A stretch of DNA of 64,000 nt from an uncultured virus (IMG/VR IMGVR_UViG_3300027921_000114) (IMGVR_UViG_3300027921_000114); one strand, 5' to 3'; shown: positions 36,431 to 46,827, counted from the first letter of the stretch. The notes: a model not told the origin generated them from the sequence alone. Program-made: numbers and translations.

Positions 36431-37966
36431 TTATGTATCGACCAGCACGAACTGGACTTCTTCATCGATGGAGAGCGCCACCCGCCAGTTGAGCGAGGTG
36501 ACGGTGTAGGTGACGTGCAGCAAGCTAAAACCAGCCGTGGCCGCGACCAGACTCTGGCCATCGGCGGTCACGGCTCCAAGATTGGTGTGCTGCCAGACGG
36601 CGCTGGTGATGGCCGCCACCGGATAGCGCGTGCTCGCCCGACCCTCGACAAACTCGACCGTCTCTGTTTCGCTGCGGCTGACCGTACCGAGACTGGCGAT
36701 CACCGTTGCTGCGTTCCCGGTATGGGTCAGCACGACGGGGCGTGTCGCCACAAGGTAGGCGCGTACCGTGCCACGGTTGTCATCGTCGGCGTGGGCCACA
36801 AACTCGATCCGGTCAGATGACGACCCTGCAGCGCCATCCTCATTGGCAATGGTCACGCGGTTGAATCCCCGCGATGGCGCAATCTGCGAGCGCGTCGAGA
36901 TGACGTCCGCGTCGAACAAGCTGTGGGCAACAGTCGCCGCTGAATACTGCGGGATGCTCACCGGATGGCGACGACGGCACACCATCGTGCCGTCCGGGTT
37001 GCTCTCGACAATGCCACCGACAGCGGCCACGATGTTCCGGGCAGCGGCCAAGGGTGTGACACCTTCGAGCATCAACCGGCCTGCCGGAATAATCCAGTTG
37101 GGCAATTGCCACGTGACCGGGCCAATCAGCGATTCCACAGCCGCTTCGGCGGATTCCGCAATGGGCTGGTAGAAGCGGATCGTCCCGGCAAACGGCGAAT
37201 CCAGCAGAGCGACCGGCGATACCGCCGACAACTCGCAGCGCCGCTCGGCCACCGACTCCCTTGAGAGCGTCTTGCCGTCGACCACGAGCACGAAGGTTTC
37301 CAAACCCAACGCGAGCGTGATCGTGTCGCCTATCCCAATGACTGCGAAATCGGCCAGTTCGGCGATCTCGACCTGTGCAATCCAGACCGGGCTTTCTTCG
37401 TCGCAGGACAGTGTCGCCTCCGCAATCCGGATCGTGCGACCGTTCCACGTCATTTCCGGGCTGTTGACCACCGCCTGCAGGCGCGCATCACTGAGCAGTG
37501 ACCAGGAAGCCGTCAGCCGCTTGGTGACGGGATTCACGTTGGTGACGTCATATCCAAGCACATGACGCACTGCCGCTTGCTGTGTCAGCCAGTACGGAAA
37601 GCGCATCGACCGGCGGCAAGTCCCGAGATCAGAATACAGCGTGAGGTGGCCCACCCGTGCCTGATGCATGTCACCGTAGGGAAGTAGAAGCCGCCGCCGG
37701 TGCTGGCGCAGATCACCGTAGGGGTGACGGCTGGCACCTTCCAAGCGCAGCCCATAACTGGCGGTGTGTGCGACCGCGAATCGGATTGACCAGTGTTCGC
37801 TGTGGTTCCACGACCTGATGCGCGTCAATTCCCACGCCGTGGCATTTGACACGAAGACTTCCGTCTTGCCCCACGCGGCGTTGAACCGGCGCTTGAGGAC
37901 AACCGGCCCCGAATCGGCGTGCAGCCCCGCGCCCAGCGAGATCGCGAGCGAGATGCCAATGGTCAT
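36431..37966 (-). CDS. putative tail hub/baseplate protein
   Basis: In the tail operon; TPLAAARNIVAAVGG..NPDG hub-like segment. Confidence 0.65.
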   Translation of the reverse strand: MTIGISLAISLGAGLHADSGPVVLKRRFNAAWGKTEVFVSNATAWELTRIRSWNHSEHWSIRFAVAHTASYGLRLEGASRHPYGDLRQHRRRLLLPYGDMHQARVGHLTLYSDLGTCRRSMRFPYWLTQQAAVRHVLGYDVTNVNPVTKRLTASWSLLSDARLQAVVNSPEMTWNGRTIRIAEATLSCDEESPVWIAQVEIAELADFAVIGIGDTITLALGLETFVLVVDGKTLSRESVAERRCELSAVSPVALLDSPFAGTIRFYQPIAESAEAAVESLIGPVTWQLPNWIIPAGRLMLEGVTPLAAARNIVAAVGGIVESNPDGTMVCRRRHPVSIPQYSAATVAHSLFDADVISTRSQIAPSRGFNRVTIANEDGAAGSSSDRIEFVAHADDDNRGTVRAYLVATRPVVLTHTGNAATVIASLGTVSRSETETVEFVEGRASTRYPVAAITSAVWQHTNLGAVTADGQSLVAATAGFSLLHVTYTVTSLNWRVALSIDEEVQFVLVDT

Positions 37967-38811
37967 AGCACGGTGAAACTCGTCGGGGCCGGGACGGCGT
38001 AGGGCTGATCCCACTCATCGCCGACCATCGCGACCCAACCCGGCACCACCATTTCCTCAGAGGCATAGCCATCGGTCAGGATCAAAATTTCATTAAACTC
38101 GCCGAGCACGCAAGCCGTGATGCTGCCATCCCGATTCGGAAACTGCGGCACAGCCATCTTCGGGATCGGTGAGCCAGCGTGGCGCTTTCCGTTGTTCGTC
38201 CACCCTTCTCCAAAGGGCGACCAAGTGCCAGTCCAAGGGTTTGAGTTGATGACGCCATCCTCATCTTTGGCATAGGCCGGTTCCCAATCGCCCCAGGCAT
38301 CCCAGAGGCCATAGCGGGCGCACAGTCCTTGATGGGTATCGGACGGGTAGCGCCGGGAAGTCACACCAGCAACGGCAAATCTCATCGATACACCGGTCGT
38401 ACTGTTGGCATCCACCTGCAGCCCGTGCAGCCACCACCATCCCGCGACGCCGTCGGCAGCAAACCAGATCGTGATCTCTGCTGTTGGATTTCCCAGCCAC
38501 GCAGAATGCACGAGGGTGTAGCTCTGCGCGTAGGCACCGGGATCAAGGTAATCATTGCCAAATACCGGATAGACCGTAATCGAACCAAACGTTTCTTGCC
38601 CCGCAAAACTGAATGCCCAATGCGGAACATCGTCGTGGGCAGTGCCTGCCGTTGCCCCCATCTGGATAAAGTCAATGCCGTCGGCGGTATCCAGCAGCAC
38701 GTTGAATCCGGCGCTGGCAACAAATGTCTTCAAATGTGCAAACAGGGCTTGCACACCTGCATTGTCAAAGGTGCCCACCGGATACGTTTTCTTGAAACCG
38801 ACGCGGGCCAT
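37963..38811 (-). CDS. putative tail protein (282 aa)
   Basis: Coupled in the tail operon. Confidence 0.65.
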   Translation of the reverse strand: MARVGFKKTYPVGTFDNAGVQALFAHLKTFVASAGFNVLLDTADGIDFIQMGATAGTAHDDVPHWAFSFAGQETFGSITVYPVFGNDYLDPGAYAQSYTLVHSAWLGNPTAEITIWFAADGVAGWWWLHGLQVDANSTTGVSMRFAVAGVTSRRYPSDTHQGLCARYGLWDAWGDWEPAYAKDEDGVINSNPWTGTWSPFGEGWTNNGKRHAGSPIPKMAVPQFPNRDGSITACVLGEFNEILILTDGYASEEMVVPGWVAMVGDEWDQPYAVPAPTSFTVL

Positions 38812-39821
38812 TACGCGCTCTCCCCATGAATGGCCAGTGACGCGTAGTCATTGGCGAGGCTGAACGTCCCTGCCGGTACCTGCCGCCGATACCAGATCGG
38901 CACTGCTGCCGGAATGGAATCGAAGGTGGCCTGCTCACCCGATTGGAAACTGCCGATCCATCCCGACGCTTTGATCGTGAAGTAAGGCGTTCCGGTCGAC
39001 GGGTTGCTTGGGCTGAAATCCGCTGTGGTCGAACCCGCTTGCGGCAAGGAGCCAACAGACATACCCGAAACCGTGAAAGTCGTCGGCCCGTTGAAAACCA
39101 GCGTCCATTGCTCATCGATTGCGCCCCGGTTGTGGACGACCCAATTGCCCACGGTTGCCGAGTCGAAGCTGCCACCGACGCTGGACAGAGCGAAATTCGC
39201 GCCCATGCCGACCACGCTGGCCTGTTGCAACACGCCCGACACCAACGTGTTCGTGGTGCCGTAGCTGTTGGCCAGCGGTGCAGCCAGATCGAGTACCGCA
39301 AAATCGGCTCCGTAGCTCACCCCCGACAGCGTCGCCCACTCTTCGTTTCCGGCACCGCCTGTGCTCGGCCTGTCAGACACGCGCACGAGGTCGCCGATCC
39401 GAAACGGCTGCAGGTTGGCGTACTCGGCATTGTGTTCACACGCGACCTGAATTTGCACCGCCCCGTTGCCGACGGCCAATTGCAGTGTGCCAATGCCGTA
39501 GGGACGACCGGCAATCTGATCCTCGGTATCGGTCTGGGTGCCGGTCTGGAAAGTCACAAAATCACCGGCAGGGGTCAAAGCATCGAGGAACAGGCGGACA
39601 TTCAGCAGCGCCGTGTCTTGCGCGCTGTTGATGTGAATGAAAGCCTTGCGCCACTTCACCGCGCCTGCCAGACGCTCGGCCTGCGAAACATCAGGGAAGA
39701 GATTGTTCTTCACCCCGGATACCAGCTGGGCAAAATTCATCCGGCCGCCGTTTTGCGTTGGTGTCACATCGGACATCAGGGCGGCGGGCCGCCAGACGAT
39801 TTCATTGTCGAGAATGGGCAT
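38811..39821 (-). CDS. putative tail protein (336 aa)
   Basis: NGGRM..SGVKNNLFPDVS; AVPIWYRR. Confidence 0.7.
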   Translation of the reverse strand: MPILDNEIVWRPAALMSDVTPTQNGGRMNFAQLVSGVKNNLFPDVSQAERLAGAVKWRKAFIHINSAQDTALLNVRLFLDALTPAGDFVTFQTGTQTDTEDQIAGRPYGIGTLQLAVGNGAVQIQVACEHNAEYANLQPFRIGDLVRVSDRPSTGGAGNEEWATLSGVSYGADFAVLDLAAPLANSYGTTNTLVSGVLQQASVVGMGANFALSSVGGSFDSATVGNWVVHNRGAIDEQWTLVFNGPTTFTVSGMSVGSLPQAGSTTADFSPSNPSTGTPYFTIKASGWIGSFQSGEQATFDSIPAAVPIWYRRQVPAGTFSLANDYASLAIHGESA

Positions 39822-39839
39822 GGTTTCCTCTCCGGTTTA

Positions 39840-40220
39840 TCAAACGGTCATGAGTTTTAGGGTGGCGAGATAGAAGTCGCCGGGTTGTGGGTTGGCCAGC
39901 GGCACCAGCGGTCTGGCATCAAACGCTGGCGCGTCGTGGTGGCGGAACATCACCGACAAGGTCTGGTTGCGCAGCGCCAGGGTGTAGACGCCGCCCGGGC
40001 TGGCTGCCCGCAGTGCGAGTGCTTCGACCTGGGATCGGGTCATCCAGCCAGCATCCGGTTCGGACTCCAGCGTGATCGGCAACCCCGCGCGCATCTCGCC
40101 GTAGAACACGACGACCGATCCGTCCAGGGTGCGGCGCACGGTCTGGGTTACGCGGGTCGATGCGAATTCATCCGACCAAAGCAATCCCGTCGGCAACTCA
40201 ATGCCGTCCAAAGTGATCAT
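39840..40220 (-). CDS. distal tail (Dit-like) protein
   Basis: LP.GLLWSDEF..RTLDG..PITL. Confidence 0.7.
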   Translation of the reverse strand: MITLDGIELPTGLLWSDEFASTRVTQTVRRTLDGSVVVFYGEMRAGLPITLESEPDAGWMTRSQVEALALRAASPGGVYTLALRNQTLSVMFRHHDAPAFDARPLVPLANPQPGDFYLATLKLMTV

Positions 40221-40229
40221 CTGTGAGTC

Positions 40230-42626
40230 CTACTGGAAGGAGGGAGTGATGTGGTACAGAAACTTGGTGCTGACTGAACCGAGATCGGCGAGGCTGGCCA
40301 CCTCGACCATGTCTCCGTTCGGGCCGAGCAGGTAGTCCCCGACTTCGAAGCCGCCGTTGTCGAGGAAACTGCCAAAGCGCACCGAAGGGTGGATGACGAT
40401 GTTCCGGTAATTCGACCAACTCGCGGCGTTGTTGGTGATCACCGTCTGGAAGGCGGATCGCATCGCTGCGTCGTCGATCAGCGCCCCGGCCCGGGTGTAG
40501 AAGCGGTCGATCCACAAGACGTTCGAGAACGACTCGGGATAGGTCGGCGGGTTGTAGGTGACCGGCACGAACCAGCGAATGTCGTCGCCATCCATCACCA
40601 CGTACTCGGTGACACCGAGCATCGCCGCCACTTGCTGCATCATCGAGCGGGTGAGCGAGATCGATACGGCCTCCACTGGCACCCAGACGTTCTGTGATCC
40701 GTTCCAGGTGAGGCGTTCTCCGTTGATCATGATTGGTGCGGAGAGGCTTCCCCATCCCGAATAGCCGGGCCACGGGCGTTTGTGCCACGGGCTGCTCCAG
40801 TCGTACATCGTCGTGTTGTAGCCGGTCACGAAGTAGGTCGCCGGGTTGATCAGCGGCTGGTAGCTGGGCTTGGCGATCGAGCGGTTGATGCTCGTGATCG
40901 CCACCGCGTTCAGGTTGTATTGCTGAAGGACGTACTCGTAGTCGTAGCGCCCGTCAGGGGCGTATTTCTTGATCGCACCCCATTCAGGTTCGTTCTGCGG
41001 CCCCCAACTGGATAAATCCCAATACCAGCGCTGCGTAGCCTTCTTCGCAGGCATATTGGTCGGTGTCGTTTCAGGATTGTCCGGTGCCGTCAGGAACAGG
41101 CTGAACGAAATCGAGCACTGGCCGTTGTACATCGAGATGTAGCTGCTGCCCCAGTTGCCCTGCCATCCATAGTTCGGTGACTGTGGATGCAGCGGGTAGG
41201 CATTCCAGTTCGTCATCCCGGAAATCGACACGCCGCCAGCCAGGTACTTCGTCTCGCCCGGCTCCAGATGGACCCACGCCTGCCAGCCCGAGGCTTGCAC
41301 CACCAATCCGACGGCGAAATCGAAGGTGTTGCCCACCTTGATCACAAAGCGGAAGGTGGTGATGTTCTTCATGTCGAACACGGCATCGAACAGGATGCCG
41401 GTTCCGTTTGCCGGCCACGGTGCGAGCACCGGACTCCGCGTGTAAGTCACCTCGAACGGCGGGATGATGCCGTCCGTCATCCCCGGCGTGTAGGTGATCA
41501 ACGAGGGCATGTGGGAGAGCCAAATTGACTTCCACGACATCCGCGTGTCGCCGGAAACGCCCAGAGCGCCGCTGCTCACCGAACGGCTGTAGGTCTGGTA
41601 GCCGTAGGCCAGCAGGATGTAGCGCATCCGGTAGGTGCCGGTCGTCGGCAGGCCGATGCTGGCCGGATCGATTGTGTTGAACCAGTAGAACCAGTCCACG
41701 TTGTAATGCCGGATGATGCCGTTGGCGTCCATCGGCATCTGTTCCCAGCCACTCGGCCACCAACTGTAAGTGGTCATCTGGCCAACTGGGTAATTCGAAC
41801 CGTGCACGCTCTGGTACCAGACCTGCCCCGACTCGACGTGCAACACCTCGATCACGGCGGCGATGCCGAAGTAGCCGCCACCGGTACTGACCTGATAGGA
41901 GAGCGGCTGCGCGGGATCGACCCGATCCGCAACGGCGGCCGGAATCGGCCGGGACTCGAAGCGCACCCACAGGTCGGCGAGCCGGTCGATGACGAGGTGT
42001 AGGCTGCCGAGAAACTGCGAGCCACTGCTACCGGAGAATTTCAGCGTGCGGCCATAGAGCTCAAAATACGGATCGGGCGTCACGGCCTGCTGGTCGCGCC
42101 ACTCCCAGCGGAAGTTGTCACCACCCGGCCCGTGCAGCACGTAGCCGAAATCGACCGGGTTCGAGAACAGCTCACGCCGGACATCCGGGCACGGCTGCGG
42201 CGGTGGGGGCGGCGCTGATCCTGGCGAAAACGGCACCGATAGTTGGGTCTTCACGCCGCCGCTACTGCCACCGCCTGCGCTGTCGCTGCGTCGCATTCCA
42301 CCCTGATCGAGACGGCTCGAAATGCTCAGGTGTAATCCCGACTTCGGGGTTTCCTGCGAGGGATAGCGCCGACTTTCGCAGTTACCGAACGACTGACTGA
42401 CCGCGTTATTAAGCTCGCCCGTGATCTGGTCGTAGTAGCGCCGCGCCAACGGGCTGTGATCCGGCTGCGGCTGAATCCACCAGTACTGATTGCCGAACAA
42501 CCAATAGAAGTCGGTCGCCTGCCAATCGTAGACCCACCAGTCGCAGGTGCGCTGCTCTCGAACCTCGTCTTGGGCGTTCTCCCACGAGCAGACAAAGAAG
42601 TTGACGGGCACGGACTGCTTCATCAC
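40230..42626 (-). CDS. large Trp/Tyr-rich hypothetical protein (798 aa)
   Basis: Start overlaps the tape-measure stop; no family recognised. Confidence 0.75.
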   Translation of the reverse strand: MMKQSVPVNFFVCSWENAQDEVREQRTCDWWVYDWQATDFYWLFGNQYWWIQPQPDHSPLARRYYDQITGELNNAVSQSFGNCESRRYPSQETPKSGLHLSISSRLDQGGMRRSDSAGGGSSGGVKTQLSVPFSPGSAPPPPPQPCPDVRRELFSNPVDFGYVLHGPGGDNFRWEWRDQQAVTPDPYFELYGRTLKFSGSSGSQFLGSLHLVIDRLADLWVRFESRPIPAAVADRVDPAQPLSYQVSTGGGYFGIAAVIEVLHVESGQVWYQSVHGSNYPVGQMTTYSWWPSGWEQMPMDANGIIRHYNVDWFYWFNTIDPASIGLPTTGTYRMRYILLAYGYQTYSRSVSSGALGVSGDTRMSWKSIWLSHMPSLITYTPGMTDGIIPPFEVTYTRSPVLAPWPANGTGILFDAVFDMKNITTFRFVIKVGNTFDFAVGLVVQASGWQAWVHLEPGETKYLAGGVSISGMTNWNAYPLHPQSPNYGWQGNWGSSYISMYNGQCSISFSLFLTAPDNPETTPTNMPAKKATQRWYWDLSSWGPQNEPEWGAIKKYAPDGRYDYEYVLQQYNLNAVAITSINRSIAKPSYQPLINPATYFVTGYNTTMYDWSSPWHKRPWPGYSGWGSLSAPIMINGERLTWNGSQNVWVPVEAVSISLTRSMMQQVAAMLGVTEYVVMDGDDIRWFVPVTYNPPTYPESFSNVLWIDRFYTRAGALIDDAAMRSAFQTVITNNAASWSNYRNIVIHPSVRFGSFLDNGGFEVGDYLLGPNGDMVEVASLADLGSVSTKFLYHITPSFQ

Positions 42627-45583
42627 GCACCCCTTGAGATTTCGCGCAATGCCTGCGCCAATTGCATCGCCGTCTCGCGCGACGATTGCACGGTGTGCGG
42701 CTTACTTCCCACGTGAAAGCGCAGATCAACGACATCACGCGCTGGCGTGGATGAGGAGCCACCGGCCATTCCGACCTGCGCGACCGCATTGGCCACCGCA
42801 CCGCCCGCCGCGAAGCGAGGAACAGCAGGCAGGAACCCGGCATTGAGCGCGGCGAAGAACCCCTCGCCAAATTTGCGGACGCTGGCGGCGCGCACCACAA
42901 ACTCTCCGTGGGACAGCAGCGCTGGTACGGAGTCCGACGTTTCGGTGCCCGGGCCAAAGATACGGCCTGACATCCGCTTGAAACCTTCGGCGACCGCCTG
43001 ACCACCCTCGGCCAGTTTCTGGATCAGGCCACCCTGCGCGTTGGTGTAGACCTTCTGCACGTAGATCGTGTGCGTGCTGCTGGTCGGGCGCAGTAGCTCC
43101 GACACTGCTGCCCGGTACTGCGACATCTCCGGTCGCGGGGTGTGACTTGCCTCGGTGGGGGCCGACAGCACCGTGCGCGCATCCTGCGCGAACGAGGCCA
43201 TCTGCGCGCGCGGCTGATCGAAGGACACCACGGCAGGGATTTCGACGTTGGCGCTCGACAGCGTGCTCTTGAGCTGGTCGATATCCGCCAGCACTTTGGC
43301 AGTGTCGGCCTCGACTTTGGCCACCAGCGAAAGGTTTTCGGTGTCGGCCTTGAGTTTTTCGAGCGAGGTCTGCGCCTCCTTGGTGTCGACCTGAATCTTG
43401 GCCACCAACTGCTGTGCTTCGGTCAGGGCCTTCAATTTCTCAATGCCGGTCTTGGCCGCCTCGATGTCGATATCGAGTTTCAGTTTGTCCTGTGAGAGCA
43501 ATTGCTGGCGCAGCTTGCCGAGCTCGTCAGACACCGAAGCCAGCGCCCGTTTGGCATCATCAGCACCTGCTCCGGCCGCAGACGCCGCCTGTTTGTGGGC
43601 GTCCCCGAGGCCCTTGAGGGCGGCGTCAGCGATACCGGCGGATTCCTTGATCTGGCCAATGGCGGCAGCGGCGGCGGTTGCATCCGAGACCACCGTCTGG
43701 GTAATGGTCTTGCCGTTCTGCTCGACCTGCCGGGTCACCGCCGATGCCGAGCGCTCGGCCAGCGCAATGGACTCCTCGGCGAGCTTGCGGGCCTGCTCGA
43801 AATTACCGGCGGCGAGTGCTGCGCGCGCCTGCGCCTGCTTCTCATCAATCTGACGCAGCCGATCCTGATAGGCCGCGTACTCGTCCATCCCCTTGCGGGA
43901 CAGTTCGCGGATGCGATCCTCAACCGAGAGGCGCAGGTTGAGCCGCGCCTCGTCGGCCGCCTTGGCAGCCTGCAGGTGGCGTTGTTCTTCGGCGATCAGC
44001 CGGTCGACCGTGCTGCGGTAGGCAGCCTCAAGCTGGCTGTAGATGGCAATGCGCGCATCAACTGCTTGCCGCTCGATGGCCTGTACATCCTGTCCGGCAG
44101 CGCGCGCCAGGGCGACGGCCTGCCCGTAAGTGGTCTTCCATGCAGACTCCATCTGGCGGGAACCCGCTTCGACGGCGGCCAGTTTTTCACGTTCGGCGGC
44201 GAGCAAGGTTTGCGCCGATTCACGGATGGCTGTCGACTCGGAGCGCGCGGCGGTTTGCGCAGCCGCTTCCTGCCGCTTGTAGTTCGACTCGATCTCGGCG
44301 ACGCGGGCATCCCAGATGGTCTTGATATCGGCGGCAACCTGCTTGTAGCTGGCCGACAGTTGCTTGACCGTCTCGCCTGCCTTCTTGGTTTCCGCATCAA
44401 GCGATTGCCGGATCGCTTCACCGGCTTGGGTGGCCGCGCCCTGGATGGCCCGCAACGCATCGGCAGTCCCCGGCAACGCCGCCTTCAATCGCTCGGCGGC
44501 CTGCGCCGCGAGCCACATCTGGGTCTTGACGCTCAAGGTGCCGGTGTTGGCCAGTTCCTCCATTGCGGCAGACAACTGCTGCAACTGTTCACGCTGCCGG
44601 TTCATCTCGTCGATGGCGCGATTGGTCTCGCGAATGTCCTGCACCATATTGACGATGCCGCGCCCCATTTCCCACACCGCAACAGCAGCCAACACGGGCA
44701 AAAACCGCATCATCGCGGCCTTGAGGACATTGAACGCAGTGAGCAACTTGGCGGCCGCCGCGACACCTTTGACCGCCAGTACAGCGACGACGATTTCACC
44801 CAGTACGCGCAACACGCCCATGATCTCTTCGCCATGACTGGCCAATGCCACCAGCGCATCAGCCAGCTTCTGCAGCGCCGGTAGCGCGGCTTCCGCCACT
44901 TTCATGGCGATGCCTTGCAATGCCTGCTTCACCGTGTCGAGCGTATCGTTGAATTTTTCGGCGGCCTTGGCCGTGTCGCTGCTGATCTCGAGGCCAAGCG
45001 CTTTGAATTGCAGCTTCAGTTGCTCGATGCCTGCGCGGCCCTGATTCAGAAACGGGATCAGTTCCACGCCACTCTTGCCGAACAACTTCACCGCCAGCGC
45101 CGACTTCTCGGCTCCGTCGGGCATCGCGGCAAATGCATCGGCGAGGTCGAGCAGCACTTCCTCGGTCGGGCGCAATTGCCCGGCAGCGTCCTTCACTGAG
45201 ACCCCGAGGCGACTGAAGGTTTCGACCTGTTCCTTGGAGCCGCCAGCCGCTTCGACCATTGCGGTGGCCAGCTTCTGCATTCCCTTGGCCAGACCCTCCA
45301 GCGAGATGCCGGACTGTTCGGCAATGGGTTTGAGCAGCGACAGCGACTCCACCGAGATGCCGGTTTTCTGCGAGAGTTTTGACAGGTCATCGGCTGTGTC
45401 CAGTGCCGCCTTGCCAGCCGCCACCAGTGCCCCGACTGACAGCGCCACACCCAGACCGGCCAGCACGCCGTTGACCTTGGTCGCTGCACTCGACAAGCCC
45501 TCAAGGTTGCCTTTCACCGAGGCGAGCGCCGCCTTGGTCTGGTCGACGGCAGTGATCAGAATCTGGGCGCGGTCAGAGGCCAT
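42623..45583 (-). CDS. tail tape measure protein
   Basis: 986 aa, Ala-rich helical; GPGTETSDSVPALLS.GEFV. Confidence 0.9.
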   Translation of the reverse strand: MASDRAQILITAVDQTKAALASVKGNLEGLSSAATKVNGVLAGLGVALSVGALVAAGKAALDTADDLSKLSQKTGISVESLSLLKPIAEQSGISLEGLAKGMQKLATAMVEAAGGSKEQVETFSRLGVSVKDAAGQLRPTEEVLLDLADAFAAMPDGAEKSALAVKLFGKSGVELIPFLNQGRAGIEQLKLQFKALGLEISSDTAKAAEKFNDTLDTVKQALQGIAMKVAEAALPALQKLADALVALASHGEEIMGVLRVLGEIVVAVLAVKGVAAAAKLLTAFNVLKAAMMRFLPVLAAVAVWEMGRGIVNMVQDIRETNRAIDEMNRQREQLQQLSAAMEELANTGTLSVKTQMWLAAQAAERLKAALPGTADALRAIQGAATQAGEAIRQSLDAETKKAGETVKQLSASYKQVAADIKTIWDARVAEIESNYKRQEAAAQTAARSESTAIRESAQTLLAAEREKLAAVEAGSRQMESAWKTTYGQAVALARAAGQDVQAIERQAVDARIAIYSQLEAAYRSTVDRLIAEEQRHLQAAKAADEARLNLRLSVEDRIRELSRKGMDEYAAYQDRLRQIDEKQAQARAALAAGNFEQARKLAEESIALAERSASAVTRQVEQNGKTITQTVVSDATAAAAAIGQIKESAGIADAALKGLGDAHKQAASAAGAGADDAKRALASVSDELGKLRQQLLSQDKLKLDIDIEAAKTGIEKLKALTEAQQLVAKIQVDTKEAQTSLEKLKADTENLSLVAKVEADTAKVLADIDQLKSTLSSANVEIPAVVSFDQPRAQMASFAQDARTVLSAPTEASHTPRPEMSQYRAAVSELLRPTSSTHTIYVQKVYTNAQGGLIQKLAEGGQAVAEGFKRMSGRIFGPGTETSDSVPALLSHGEFVVRAASVRKFGEGFFAALNAGFLPAVPRFAAGGAVANAVAQVGMAGGSSSTPARDVVDLRFHVGSKPHTVQSSRETAMQLAQALREISRGA

Positions 45584-46226
45584 TGCGGTCAAGCTGTTGC
45601 AGGATGGAGGTTGAGAGCTTGGGCATTTGCGAACGGACGATGCCGCCCAAGTCGAAGCGACCACGCAGGGTCACGCTGGGTACGAGCACAGCAATGGGAA
45701 TCTCCTGCCCGCGCTTGATCGACTTCGCTCCGGTGCGCTGGCGCTCGGATCGCTTGAACCGGCGCAGCTCGGAGGTGTTGTCCTTGATGTTTTCGGCCAT
45801 CAGAATCACCTTCCCGTTCTTCTTGATGAAGAAGGCATTGCCGCTGCGCATCAGGCCGTCCACCACGCGCCGAAAGGCTTTGCGACCGATGCGCCGGTGC
45901 TCGGGCAAAAGCGGGATCAGCATCTTTGCGCCGATGGTGCCGCCACGAACGTGGATGCCCAGCCAATTGATCTTCGAGCCGATGAGCATTGCCGGAAATT
46001 TCTCAGGGCTCCCGGCGTAGAGCTTGTGCCGCATCGATTTCAAGAAGCCTGCTTTATGCACCTTGAAGGCTGATTGCATCCGGCTGCGCACGACCTCGGC
46101 GATCTCCTTGCCTGCCGTTTTCATCCCGGCCTCTACCGCCTTGCGGATCGCCCGGCGCTTTTCCGGCACCCAGCTATCGAGCCGCTTGGGGTCAAGCAGA
46201 CCGGAGCTGATCAACGACAGTTTCAT
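45573..46226 (-). CDS. DUF6441-like basic tail completion protein
   Basis: Very basic; IPIAVLVP.V.L..RFD. Confidence 0.7.
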   Translation of the reverse strand: MKLSLISSGLLDPKRLDSWVPEKRRAIRKAVEAGMKTAGKEIAEVVRSRMQSAFKVHKAGFLKSMRHKLYAGSPEKFPAMLIGSKINWLGIHVRGGTIGAKMLIPLLPEHRRIGRKAFRRVVDGLMRSGNAFFIKKNGKVILMAENIKDNTSELRRFKRSERQRTGAKSIKRGQEIPIAVLVPSVTLRGRFDLGGIVRSQMPKLSTSILQQLDRNGL

Positions 46227-46519
46227 GACTTGATTTCTCGCAAGAAGGATTTGATTTCGTTATTGCCGCCGCGTGTCGCCGTGAGCAACAACGCGAATTG
46301 CAAGGCCAACTCATCGCGCTCGCTACGGTCGCAGGCCCCGAGGAAGGCCCGCACCTGCGCGAGCGTGTAGGTCAGGACGTCGGAGTAGCGGTGACCGGAT
46401 CGGAGGAGCCGGTGGATGGCATCGCTCCAGGGATCGCCGTGCCGATTTGCTGACTTATTTGTGTCCCTATCCGCGTGCTCATTTGCGTGATCTCCGGCAC
46501 CACGCGGCGGATAAAAAAA
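46223..46519 (-). CDS. -1 frame extension of the tail assembly chaperone (gpGT-like)
   Basis: Start-less frame open from T TTT TTT (46519-46513) to TGA 46223; encodes WSDAIHRLLRSGH..YTLAQV. Confidence 0.7.
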   Translation of the reverse strand, partial: FFYPPRGAGDHANEHADRDTNKSANRHGDPWSDAIHRLLRSGHRYSDVLTYTLAQVRAFLGACDRSERDELALQFALLLTATRGGNNEIKSFLREIKS

Positions 46520-46827
46520 TCGGCGTTGGCCTGAAATGCCGCTTCGCCCAGACGAATTGCCTCGTCCACCGCCAGCGCGGCAACCCAGTCCGGCGGGCGA
46601 CGGCAGGCGATGGCCAAGGCCAGAATCACCGACTCGCCATCTTCAGACAGCAGACGCAGCCAATCCGGATCAGGGCTCAGTTTTGCCGCGACCGGGCGCA
46701 CCGCCCGGGCAAATGCCGGAAGCTCGCCCACCTTGAGCGGGGTGATCTCAAGCGACTCACCCCCGATGAGGATGCTGGTCGGTACTGGCGGCAGCGCCGC
46801 GAAAGTTTGTGTCGTCATCGCCATCAC
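46372..46827 (-). CDS. tail assembly chaperone (gpG-like)
   Basis: Follows the tail tube gene; NADFF slippery site. Confidence 0.8.
   Translation of the reverse strand: MMAMTTQTFAALPPVPTSILIGGESLEITPLKVGELPAFARAVRPVAAKLSPDPDWLRLLSEDGESVILALAIACRRPPDWVAALAVDEAIRLGEAAFQANADFFIRRVVPEITQMSTRIGTQISQQIGTAIPGAMPSTGSSDPVTATPTS

Noticed and set aside
35180..42626. Diversity-generating retroelement or invertible tail-fibre system
   Set aside because: No reverse transcriptase or invertase and no template/variable repeat pair was seen in the window
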